Source: Caecitellus pseudoparvulus
Lineage: Eukaryota > Protista > Bigyra: Bicosoecida
Reading direction: 5' to 3'
Length of the DNA stretch: 64,000 bases
Assembly: GCA_965644315.1 (NCBI GenBank)
Contig: CBFFRQ010000081.1
Span: 248,001 to 312,000 of the forward strand
Below are positions 43,981 through 55,400 of this stretch, in pieces. Under the pieces are notes generated by a model. That model made no database searches, was not told where the DNA came from, and was given only the letters and a program-made list of their open reading frames with translations. The position numbers and the translations under genes were made by a program. Numbering within the stretch: the stretch's first letter is position 1; each line of letters opens with the position of its first letter.

Positions 43981-46074
43981 ATGGCGCTGCAGCAGGCCAG
44001 TGCAGGCAGCTCGGCAGCAGTGGTGGATGCCATCGGTGGCAGGTCTGGCAGTGCCAGCCGTGACAGCGCCCAGGAAAGCCGCCTGCAGCATTGGAGTGCG
44101 TGGCGTGCAGCGCCCCGCACGAAACGTGCTGCCACGGCCACTTTCTTGCTCATGTGCAGAGACACTGGTTGGCGGCTCCGGAGCTGCTGAAGTGCAAGCT
44201 GGAGGTCAGGGCAGAGTGTTGCGCATTGTGGATGGGAAGCTGCCGGTGGCCGTGAAGTATATGACGAACGAGAAATCAACGGCTGTTCGCTCAGAGATTC
44301 GCAGTGTGAGGAGCACCGCCACCTCGTCCGGCCCACGCCCCCGCGCACGCTGCCTTGTGCTCCCACCTCCACAGCTCCGGCGAATCAACAACGAGCACCC
44401 TCACATCGTGCAGTCCTACGGCTACCTGCGCGGCGCCAGTGGCTCCCTGTACATGTTCCTGGAGTGCGGCACGGCCGATGGGCATGACGCTGCGGGTTGG
44501 GCCCCGAGCGGTGACAGACGCCTGGGCAGCGGCACGCACATGCGGGAGTGGATGCTGCAGCTAGCACATGGTACGTGATGCTATTTCATGGCATTTCCGC
44601 GCAGTGACCTGCCTGAGCGCTGCCTTCCCGTGCCGGCGCTGGCATGGCTGAGCGTGCCCGTGCAGTGCCGCGCTCACACCATGACGCACGCACTGCACGC
44701 TTGCCTTGGCCCACTTCACGCGTGCCTTGCCGCCGCCCTTGCACAGCCTTGGGGCATTCCCATTCAAAGGGCGTTGCCCACCGCGACATCAAGCCGGAGA
44801 ACATGCTCATGGTGCAGCTGCGAGACGGCGGCGCACACGCTCCCAGCCAAAACGCGCTGCCAGGCAGCGCTGAGGACCGGGCCACTCTCAAGGCGCTGCT
44901 GCAGTCTGCGACGACGGGCAGCGAGGAAGCTGCCATGCAGCTGCGCAGTGGATACGTGGCCAAGCTGTGTGACTTTGGATCGGCGTTCCTGCGGCGCGAG
45001 GGGCACCCCGAGGTGGTGGCGCGGTCGGCCTGCGGCTCCAGCTATTATTGCTGCCCCTTTGTCCGCCGCCTCATCTCCATGAAGCTGCACAAGGCCGATG
45101 CCAAGGTGGCCTGGCCGCCAGATGCCTATGACTGGGAGGCCATCCACTCTGCCGGGTATGACGCCTTCGCCGCCGACGTTTGGAGCTTTGGCATGTTGCT
45201 GTTCACACTCACGACAGGCCTCAAGCCGTTCCGCGCACCGGCAATCTCCGACCCCCGCTTCAGGGCTTTCATCCGCGAGACGCAGCCACACACGATGCAG
45301 GACGAGTTGCTGTCCCCTGCCAGTGAGTTCTGGAGGAGCAGCGGCAAGTCCAGCTGGAGCTGGCCGTCGTCACTGTCTCCTGCTCTCCGTGACCTGCTCT
45401 GGCGCTGCTTGCGAGTGCGGGTGTCGGAACGCCTGACCATGAAGGAGGTGCTGGCGCACCCCTGGTTCTCGCACCCCAACTGGGAGCCCAGCCCCACCGC
45501 TTCGCCCAAGGCATCCATGGTCACGTCCTCCACTGCCACCTCCACTGCCACATCTGCGCTGTCGGACAGTCCGCCCGCCAGCTCACCCATCAAGCGCGGG
45601 CTGTCCACCGCCGCCAAGGACCGTGCGAAGGCCCTCAGCATCTACTCCGGCTCCAGCGGCCAGTCCATGTTGTCTGGGGCGGCTTCCCTCGCCACCACGC
45701 CGCTGGGCACAGCCTCAGTCGCCGGCAGTGCGGCCTTTCCGGCCCTGTCTCCAACCGGCACGCCCACCGAAGCAACACAGCCCACAGGCCCGGCACGCAG
45801 CCTGGAGTCCCCAGCAGCGCATGCAGACACAGCGACAAGCCCGGCGTTCTCCCCTCCAGGGCGCTTCTTGCACAGGCCTGCCCACCAAGCCCCCACAAAG
45901 CTGTTGCTCAGCCCGCAGCAGCCTGTCAGCGCCAGCGCCCGAGGCGCGTCGGATGGCACGCCAGGCAGGCTGGGCACCGCAGCGAGGGCTGCCGCCTCCA
46001 GCCGGTCGCCCACGGTGAAGGAAGGCGAGACGAGTCTTCCTCAAGTTGGCGCTGGCTTTGCCGTTGCGCGCTGA
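43981..46074 (+). CDS. CAMK-like Ser/Thr kinase, paralog B
   Basis: AVKY, RSEI, HRDIKPEN, DFG, CGSSYYCCPF, DVWSFG; three introns at the same positions as paralog A. Confidence 0.88.
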
Positions 46075-46541
46075 AACTGCGCCGAGTCCTCGACATATGG
46101 CCATGCTGGTCAGCCTCTCATGAGCACGCGTGTGTCCTCCACGAAGCGCAGGCGGGTGACAGACACTAGGTCCGTCATGTGGAGGCGGGGTTCTTGCGCT
46201 GGGGCTGCTCCTGCTGCTGTGAAGGGTGCAGGGTCCTGCTGGGCTCGGGTGACATTGCAGCTGCGTTGGTGGAAAGGAAGCGGCGGCCGAGCGTCGCAGC
46301 AGCTGGGTGGAAGTCCCTGCCCCCCCTCCGCCCACAGGCAGCACTTGTTTGTTTGCCTTGAACTTACTGGCCACATTGAATGCAGCATCCTTGTTGACAG
46401 GGCCCACACAGCGCGCGTGGGGAGGGAAGCTGACTCGGCGCCACCTGCACAGACTCAAGCCACGACACAATCCGCGATCTGAGATGACCACCGACACCAG
46501 CATGCAGCGCCACGGCGTGTCCATCCGTAGCAACGTGCCTC

Positions 46542-48185
46542 ATGGCAGCGCGTGACCCGGCCCTGGAGGAGGGGGCAGTGCACCCGACGCTGCCCGAGCA
46601 AGTGCAGGCGTTGCATGCGTGCTCCCACAAGGCAGCGGTTCCAAGCCTCCCGAATGTGCAGCAGTACACAGTGCCACTGCTGCAGGATGTAGTGCCCAGT
46701 TTCAAGCCCGCATCCCTTCCATCGCCGCTGAGGGGCGTGCACTGGCCGCCGCAGCCTAACTTTGTCGGGCTGGACGAAACGCTGGTCACCACAGCCGTGC
46801 TGCACCAGCACGCCGACAGCAAGCCCCACGAAGTGCAGATGGTGCCGAGGGCAGGCCCAACAGAGACAATCATGCACGACCCTTGCCATGCCGTCGCTGC
46901 CATTGTCACATGTGGCGGGTGCGTCAAGTGGCGGCGGAGTTTTCGCGTTGCTGCCAACATCAAGCGCCCATCTCGTCTGCACGCAGGCTGTGCCCGGGGC
47001 TGAACACAGTCATCCGAGAGCTGGTCATGTGCCTGCGGTACACGTATGGCGTGACATCCATCTTTGGCATCCGAAACGGCTATCGTGGCTTCTACGAGAA
47101 CGAGTGGGAGCCCCTCACACCCAAAGGTGCGGTGTGTGCACCAATTTCCGCAGGCAGGCGCCCGGCTGCACCACCCGCTCCCCCGCCCCACAGAGGTGTC
47201 TTCCATCCACAAGTCAGGCGGGACGTACTTGGGCTCGTCCCGTGGTGGATTCGACGCGGATCGCATCTTGGATGCAGTGCAGGCCAAGGGCGCGACGCAG
47301 CTGTACATTGTGGGGGGCGACGGCACACACCGCGGCGCGCTGGCGCTGGTGGAGGCCGCCGCCCAGCGGGGCCTGCCCCTGTCCGTGGCCGGCATCCCCA
47401 AAACCATCGACTGCGACATCCCCCTGATGCAGCAGACCTTCGGCTTCGCGACGGCCGTGGCGGCATCCCAAACCCCCATTGACTGCGCCCACACCGAAGC
47501 GCGCAGTGGCAAGTGTGTGGGCATCGTGAAGCTCATGGGGCGCCACGCAGGCTTCATCGCCCTGGCTGCATCTCTGGCCAGCCGAGACGTCAATGCGTGC
47601 CTGCTGCCAGAGGCGCCCTGGTCTGCGCAGGCCGTGAACACGTGGCTGGAGGAGCGGTTGCGCCTCCGAGACCACGCCCTGGTGGTGGTGGCGGAGGGTG
47701 CCACGTGTCCCGAAATGGAGCCCACTGACGGCGGCAAGGATGCCAGTGGCAACGCCATCTTGGCCGACGTGGGGGAATTCCTCAAGGCCTCCATCACGGC
47801 GCACTTCAAAAGTGTCGGGCGCGACATGCCCGTGAAGCTCATCGACCCGACCTACATGATCCGTGCCGTGCCAGCCAACGCAGGAGACAGCAACCTATGC
47901 GCCAGTCTGGCAGTGAATGCCGTGCACGGCATCTTTGCTGGCCGCACGGGGTTCACGGTGGGCAACGTGGACGGCCAGGCGGTGTTGCTGCCGATTTCCG
48001 CAGTGGCGTCCCTGCCTCCTCGCCGCGTGGACGTGCGTGGCGCCCAGTACACGAACCTAGTTCTGGCCACTGGCCAGCCAGACTTTGGACCTGGCGCGAC
48101 GCTGGAGAGTCTGAAGGCGTCCGCTGCAGCCAGCACCATGCGCAAGAAAGTGCCAGGGGTGCAGGTCGCCGGTGTGGCGTGTTGA
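46542..48185 (+). CDS. PFK: ATP-dependent 6-phosphofructokinase (group X, plant/trypanosomatid type)
   Basis: [12 protein letters not shown]|[56 protein letters not shown]; two introns. Confidence 0.93.
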
Positions 48186-48192
48186 GCGGCAG

Positions 48193-48200
48193 AATGCATT
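48193..48200. promoter_or_regulatory. AATGCATT palindrome between the convergent PFK and delta-COP stops
   Basis: Lies in the 91-nt gap between the two stop codons. Confidence 0.5.
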
Positions 48201-48276
48201 TGCATGGCGCATGAGAGCGGGCCCGGCGCTGTGCAGTGGCACCCCACCACGACGCTGACGCAGACAAGTGCACACA

Positions 48277-50570
48277 TCACACAAAACCCTGCACTTCGTA
48301 GCTGTCAGGCACGACAGCATACTTGGTGGAGCTGCGCACAGCCTCCCCGCCTGGCACCGAGATGGAGCTGACGGTGAGGCCGCACACTGGCGTCGTGGAG
48401 GCGAAGGCGACGCCGACGGGGAAAAAGCCATCCTCGTCGTCCCCTGGCACGATGACATCCAGCGTACCAGACGCATTGGCGCTGGAAATGCTGTCAATGC
48501 TCCACACCAGGGCACCGCCCGCCACAGCCGCGTCGCCGTCGGCCGAGTTGATGGTGAGGCCAGCCCCGCCAGCAGGCAGGGGCACAGTGATCATGACGTT
48601 GTCCAGCACCATGTGCTTCAGCTGCAGGGTGTACTCGATGTTCAGCGCCGTCGTGCCATCCCCCTGTGGCTCCGGCCACACATTCAGGGTGAGCGGCACC
48701 TCCTCAGGCACCTTGGTCGCCTTGCGCCAGCGCAGGACGCCCACAGTGGTGCCCACTGGGTACGATTTGGTGTCCTTCAGCGCGATCATGGCTGAGTCTG
48801 TGAAGGCCTGCTTCTCTGTGTTGGGGTTGTTCTGGAAGGCGAAGCCTGCCGCGGCGGGGCCCCGCGTTAACTGCACCGCCACGCCCGCGGCCTCTGCCGA
48901 GTGGGCCGTGAGGGACAGACTCCCCCGCACCTGCATGGAGGCTTCCCCGTCCCGTGTCAGGGTCACGTTCATGTTCTCCTGCACAGAGGCAGAGGCCTGG
49001 TCAGCTGACGCAGCTGCTGCTGCTGCCGCAGCCGCAGATACAGCGGCCTCCGCACTGCCGCCACTGGGCGCGGACGCCCCAGCCATGTCTGCCATGCTCA
49101 GGCCCTCCTCCGCCATCATGGAGGCGAGGTGGCTGCCGGCACCGCCCAGGCGCATGCCGCCAGCCTTGGCCCCTGTCGCCCCTGCACCTTTGCCGCCGCC
49201 ACCTCCCAGCTTCATGCCGACGCCGCGGGGCTTGGAGGGCTGCTGTGTGGATGTGCCGGAGCTGCCCTCGGCACGCTTTGCTGCCGCCGAGGCGGAGGAT
49301 ACGCCGCCGTAGGAGCTGCTGCTGACGCCTCCGCTTGAGCTGCCGAGGGGTGTGCGGGAGCCACCCCCGCTGCCTCGGCCGCCCATTGAAGCAGAGGACA
49401 CGCCACCATAGGAGCCAGAGGAGACGCCGCCGTACCTGCCCCCTGACGAGGCGGGTTTGGGCGGCGCACCGTCTGCCACGGCTTTGGCCTCCTCGGCGCG
49501 TTTGCGACGCATCTCCTCTTCCCGGCGGGTGGCCTCTGTCTTGGCCTGAGCCTGCTTGCTCTCCTTGACGAGGTTGGCGAGCTTCTCCTCATGGGAGTCC
49601 ATGGCCAGGTTGGTGCGGATGTCGTCCAGGTCCCCCAGCTCCTTGTGGCCGTCCGCCGTGATGGCTTCGTCCAGGGCGAAGACGAGCTCGAAGGCGTGGG
49701 TGAGGATGGAGGCTTCGGACGGCGCATCCATGCCCAGCTGCTCAGGCACGAGCTTGGACAGCATGCGGATGGTGTCCAAGTCCTCCACGATGTTGCTGCT
49801 CTTCGTGGTGATCAGCACCAGGTACAGCTGCTCCAGGGGGTGGTAGACATACCTGTGGAAGAGGGGGGGGGGAAGTGTCTGCCAGGTGCCGACAGGCAGC
49901 GCCAACGGGCGCGGCCAGGACGAAGGCTTTTGGTGTGAAACAGATTTGGTTTGCTGTTGCCGCTCATTCTGAGGAGCTCGCAGTTGGAGGCTGCGAGACC
50001 CTGAGCTTGAAGAGGGCGTTGAAGCCGAGCCACACCATGACCCGCCATGTCAGTTGGGCACGCACCTCACCGCCTCTGACTCGACGTATGTGTGCTGCTT
50101 CTCGCCAGCAGACTCAATGAGCTTGGAAAAGGCCACCAGGAGACCCTGTGCATCAGGGGCGGTGTGTGCCTCGTGCAGGGGGCTGTGCCAACGCTGGGCT
50201 GTGGCCGTAACAGCAGTGAAACGGCGCAGGGCAGTCCACGTGGCAGGGCACGCACCTCAATGCGGATGCGGCTCATCTTCACGAACTGGCGGGAAACCAG
50301 GCCTGTACAGGGAGACGTGCACCGGGTAGGTGTGGGGGCGCAATCTTTGCTTGGGGCTGCAGGGCCGGGCCAGGTGGCAAGCTGCAGGGCGGGAATGCAC
50401 TGCTACCACTGACCTTTCCCGCCCTTGGTGCAGATAGCGACCGAGAGGACCACCTGAGGAGGGGAACAGGGAGGGGAGACGAGTTGAGCAAGTGTGAACA
50501 GACCCTGTCAGGCAGGCACTGCTGCGGCCGTGCCATCGCAGGCGCTTTGCAAGGCTGTGCTCCTCACCAT
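48277..50570 (-). CDS. ARCN1: Coatomer subunit delta
   Basis: Spliced M|VVLSVAICTKGGK|GLVSRQFVKMSRIRIE|GLLVAFSKL..QHTYVESEAVR|YVY.PLEQLYLVLITTKSSNIVEDL..MDSHEEKL, followed by a mu-homology domain. Confidence 0.95.
49873..50017 (-). ncRNA. Predicted intronic box H/ACA snoRNA in delta-COP intron 4
   Basis: Hairpin, H box (ACAGCA 49957-49952), hairpin, then ACA+3 nt (ACA at 49878-49876). Pockets sit 14-15 nt from the boxes and are complementary to conserved LSU and SSU rRNA segments recalled from memory. Confidence 0.6.
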
Positions 50571-50903
50571 TTCAACTTCCGCCTGTCCCTTCCTCGCTGC
50601 ACAGCCCTTGCACGCGCAGTGCAGGCAGGGTGCAAATGATGGTGCAAATGGTAGGAACGACCATTCGCCCTGGGGAGAGTCGGCGTTGCCGTCAAGCGGT
50701 CGCTGTGAGATTTTTTTCCATGCCCACCAATGCCAGTGGCTCACATCTCGAATTTGTATCATTCGCGCATCTCCAAGAAACCGGTCCCCGTGCGGCTCCC
50801 TGTGCGTTCAAGCACACACCGGTACCACTTCCCCAAACGACTCCAAACAGCCTCCGTGTCCCATCTTGTTTTGTTGTGGAACAGATTCCCCCACACAATC
50901 ACA
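50571..50903. promoter_or_regulatory. Divergent (bidirectional) promoter region between delta-COP and RPL4
   Basis: 333-nt, more AT-rich gap between oppositely oriented start codons. Confidence 0.5.
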
Positions 50904-52230
50904 ATGGTGCGTTGCCTTTGAGCTCGGCGTGCAGCAGCTTGCGCACAGTGTGTGCGGAACTTGACCCCGCCGATGTGCTGCGCCGCTTTCCCCCTCACGC
51001 TCTGCTTCCCCACACTGCCTGCACACCCCATCTCCGCATGCCATCCCCCCACAGGCCGCCGCACGCCCCACCGTCAACGTGTACAACTTCAAGGATGGCG
51101 CCACCTCCGGCAGCGTGGCCCTCCCCGCCGTGTTCACCACCCCCATTCGCCGGGACCTGGTGGCCACTGTGCACCGTGACATGGCCAAGAACAAGCGCCA
51201 GGCGTACGCCGTGAACAAGGAGTCCGGCATGCAGCACTCTGCTGAGTCCTGGGGCACTGGCCGCGCCGTGGCACGTATCCCCCGTATCTCCGGGTCTGGT
51301 ACTCGCCGCTCCTCCCAGGCCGCCTTCGGTAACATGTGCCGACAGGGCCGCATGTTCGCGCCTACCAAGATCTGGCGCAAGTGGCACCGCAAGATCTCTG
51401 TGAACCAGCGCCGGTACGCTGCCGCCTCCGCCGTGGCTGCCACCGCCGTCACACCCCTGGTTCAGGCACGCGGCCACGCTGTGGATGACGTTGTGGAGCT
51501 GCCCCTGGTCGTGTCCGGCCTGGAGGGCGTCACTAAGACCGCCCAGGCCCTGGAGACCCTGACCACTCTGGGTGGTGCCCAGGACGTCGCCAAGTCCAAG
51601 GCTTCCCGCAAGATCCGCGCCGGCAAGGGCAAGCTGCGCAACCGCCGCTACGTGCAGCGCCTGGGCCCCCTCGTCGTGCACGACGGTGAGACCAACGTCG
51701 AGCGCTCCTTCCGCAACCTGCCCGGTGTGGAGCTGTGCAAGGTGGACAGCCTGAACCTGCTGCAGCTGGCCCCCGGTGGCCACATGGGCCGCCTGGTCGT
51801 CTGGACCGAGGCTGCCTTCGGCAAGCTGGAGGCTCTGTGGGGCAACGGCACTGAGGCTGCCGCCCTCAAGTCCGGCTACAAGCTGCCCAAGGCCATCGTG
51901 TCCAACGCTGACATCGGCCGCATCATCAACTCCGATGAGGTGCAGTCCGCCATCCGCGCCAGCAAGGTCGGCACGAAGTACGTGACCCACAAGAAGAACC
52001 CTCTGACCAACCTGGGCGCCATGCTGAAGCTGAACCCCCACCACCTGGAGGCACGCAAGGCCAACGTGGAGCACGCCAAGGCTGTCGCCGCTGGCAAGGC
52101 AGAGGCCGCCCGCGTGGCGCGCCGCAAGGCCACCTCCAAGGCTGATGCCAAGGCCGCCAAGACCGCCTCCAAGGCGTTCTTCAAGGCCCTGGTGGACGAC
52201 GAGTACACCTTCGGCGCCTACGGCAAGTAA
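50904..52230 (+). CDS. RPL4: 60S ribosomal protein L4 (uL4)
   Basis: ATG|GTGCGT intron 50907-51054, then AAARPTV..LPAVF..PIRRDLV..KNKRQAYAV..SAESWGTGRAVARIPR; strongly biased codon use. Confidence 0.97.
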
Positions 52231-52458
52231 GTGGACACGCTGAGGTCTGCCGCCGGCGCGGCCTCTGCCACCGGCAGGGGCCAGCGCCCGCCATCGCGGT
52301 TGTGCAGGGGAGTGCTGAGGGGTGGGGCGTCGTGAATCATGCCGTCTCTTCTTTAATGCACGCACAATCGCCAGCACCGGGTGAATTTACACTGCACACC
52401 ACATGCCTGCATGTCCCGGGCTCTCGTCGTGCCAAGCGTTCCATCGAATGTGTGAGAA

Positions 52459-55400
52459 ATGGAAGCTTCGGCGCTGCAGCCAGGCCTAGTCGTCGCCCCA
52501 GGAGTCTTACAGGAGCTACTGAAAGAGGACGCCACTCCCACGACATTTGTTGTGCACCGCCTGCACCAGAGCTTGCTGCTGGATGAGTACGTGCCCCTGG
52601 CCTTGTCTCAAGAGGGAGTGGCAGGGGTGCAGGGAAACGCGCCCGAAACGCAGGCTCACAGCCAGGGTTTCCTGCACGATGCCTTGGGCGAGACAGTGTT
52701 GACAGAGCCCAAGGCTCTGCTGCTCACAGATGGAGCCTCCGAGTGCACACCATCGGGTGCCACTGACCGCTCTCAAAGCAGCACCCCAGCCTCTAGTGCC
52801 GAGGAGGAGGAGAGCGACGATGCAGACGCGTCAGCGACACAGCTGTCTGCCACTTGGCGCGCCAGCTGGGAGACGCTCAGCCGCGCCGAGTGGATGCATC
52901 GCCTGGCCACTGCACGCAGCACCGCGTCTGTGCCACCCACAGCGCCGACAGAAGTCACCCTGCAGTTGGATCCTCAGGCCACGGCGCTGGTCACGACCGG
53001 GCCACCCGCAACGCAGCGCTCCAGCGCAGGCGCCCTGCCTGCCCTGCGCGCCCTGCGAGACATGGCGTTGGCTGGCAAGCTGCGTCTGCACGCGCTGTGT
53101 GAGCTGGATGTGTGGGTGCAGGTGGGGGAGGGGGCTGGCGGCGCCTTGCCTGATCTGCGTGGACGCCAGCCGCCGCCACCTGCAGCTGCTGACTGTGCCC
53201 TGAGTCTCACTCCTCTGCCGTCTCGAGGGTCCACCCAGCCCTCTGCCAGCATGGCTAGCTGTGCTGGGGAGGTGCTGGCGTGTGTTGCTGCGGCGTGCAC
53301 CCGCAGTGACGTCACGTACTTTGTGCACAAGGCGGCTGGCAGCGGCAGCCTCACCATCGTCGCAGCAGCCGAGGTGGTGCAGGAGCACCCCCACAGCATG
53401 ACAGACCTCACAGAGCAAGGTGGGCCCAGCAAGTCGTTTGCGCTGTGGCAAGTGGCTCAGCTGTCTCTGGTTTCACACACGCTGCAGACGTCCTCGGCGG
53501 CGCCAGTGGAGCGCCTGCTGTCGGGGCCGCGACCAGCTCGTGCACCGCTCATGCGACCACCAGCCCAGTATGCAGCTCGCCTGGCCCTGCTCTGCCAGAG
53601 ATCTGCCGACAAAGTGTGGAAGGGTGTCTCAGCAGTGCAGGATGGCTCGGGGCACTTTCAGTACGATTTCAAGGGCGCTGGCGAGGACGGTGCAGCCCTG
53701 CTGCACGACATGTATGCTCGCGCAGTGCACTTGGCAGGCATGGGGCCACGCGAGCTGCTACGGCGCAGTGCCTCAGGCAGCGTTCCCACGTGGGTGCACA
53801 CGACCTATGCACGCCTGGCCCTCCTGGCTGCCGCTAGCCGAGCCACGGTGTTCAATGTCTGCGTTGAGGGTCCGCTAGAGTCTGCCCAGCAAGCGGCCAC
53901 ATCCGGTGCGACCCGCAGCTCGCCAAAGCAGCCCGGACCCCTGAAAGTGGCCACTGGGCCCCTGCCAGATGCGTTGCTGCAGGCTGAGGCCGCTCTGCTG
54001 TGTGGCGAGTGGAGTGGGTGGGAGGCGTTTCCTGCCCTGTCACCGCTCACGACCGTGAACTCCGCACTGGCTGCAGTGGAAGGCCCACTCCTCCAGCGCG
54101 TGCTAACGCCGGCAGGACTTGGCTCATCACAAACTGACGAGGGTGGTGGGTGTGCCACAGCTACGCTTCGACCCTGCGAGGAGCAACCCTCGACACTGCT
54201 TGTGGAGGAGGAGGCTGCCGTGGACCGCCTGTGCGACGCGTTGGGGTTCGCCCTGCTGCACTTACTGCTGAGCTCCCAGCGCCTGGCGCCTGCCCCTCCC
54301 ACACGGCAGGACATGGAACTGACTGTGGAAGCCCATGCCATGGTGGTGGCAGCTGCCACGGCCACAGCCAGGGCGTGTTTGGCATTGGGGCTGTTCGCAG
54401 ACGCACGCGCAGCCGCTCGCATCGCCTGCTTGCTCATGCCCTCCCAGGCAGCCCTGGGCATCGTGCAACACACAGATGTGGTGTTTGCAGGGGACGTTGC
54501 GGCCTGTGCGGCGCGGTGGGCAGTGCTGCGGGCACAACTTGTCGGCGTTTTGGCTTCCAGTGCTCGGCTTGCGCTGGCTGGGGCGGGGGGCCAGCAGGTG
54601 GGCCCACGCCTGGTGCCGGCGTGGTTGTGTGCTCCACGTGTGGTGACAGCACTAGAAGGGGCCTTGCTGCGCCTGCGCAGTGTTCCGACACAGTCTGAAC
54701 AGTCCGCAGTGTTGCTTGGCCCCCTACTCAGCTGCGATGCCTGCCAGACGCAGAGTCAGCAGTGGGCCCTGATGCAGGACATGCTGCAGCCGTCTGCGCC
54801 GCCTCCCGACTGCCAAGCCTTGCGCATGTGGATGGTGGGGGAAGCTGCGCGCTTGGGCACTGTCTTCAAGGCGTGTGGGTGGGGGGCACACGGCCCGGAA
54901 GCCCTGCGTGCAAGCGTGGCTGAGCTGACAGGCCTGGGCCACGTTGTGTCCGCCACGCTGATGCACAGCACAGGGCGATTCAGCCAGAGCCAGGGGTTCG
55001 CCACGTTCCTTGCACAGCAAGTGGCGCCCATCGCCCAGGACTGGGCAGAGGTGCCGCGCTTGTGGTGTGCTGCAATCGGGTACTTGGCCGTCGGCGGGCC
55101 TCGAGAGCCCCCCCTCACCCCCCTCCACACAGCTGCAGCCACTGCCCTCCAGCATCAACTGGCAGATGCCTGTCTACGTGCGGCTAGTCTGCCTTCCTGG
55201 GGCGGGCAGCCTGGTGCTCCAACGGCTGCTCAGGCGCCTACACACCCCGCTGCGGCCTCCATGGCATCCTGGCCCATCCCGGAACGCATGGACCTGGAGC
55301 TGCTCACACACCTTCCAAGTGCAGCTGACACAGCACAGCTCTCGACCACCATCGCTGCAGCGGCTTCGCAGGCGCTGCGAGGTGGCCACCTAGCGCCCCA

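Noticed and set aside
50850-50906. Hairpin plus ACA resembling an H/ACA snoRNA upstream of RPL4
   Set aside because: The ACA is the Kozak context of the RPL4 ATG (cacaATG|GTGCGT), and I found no convincing rRNA target.
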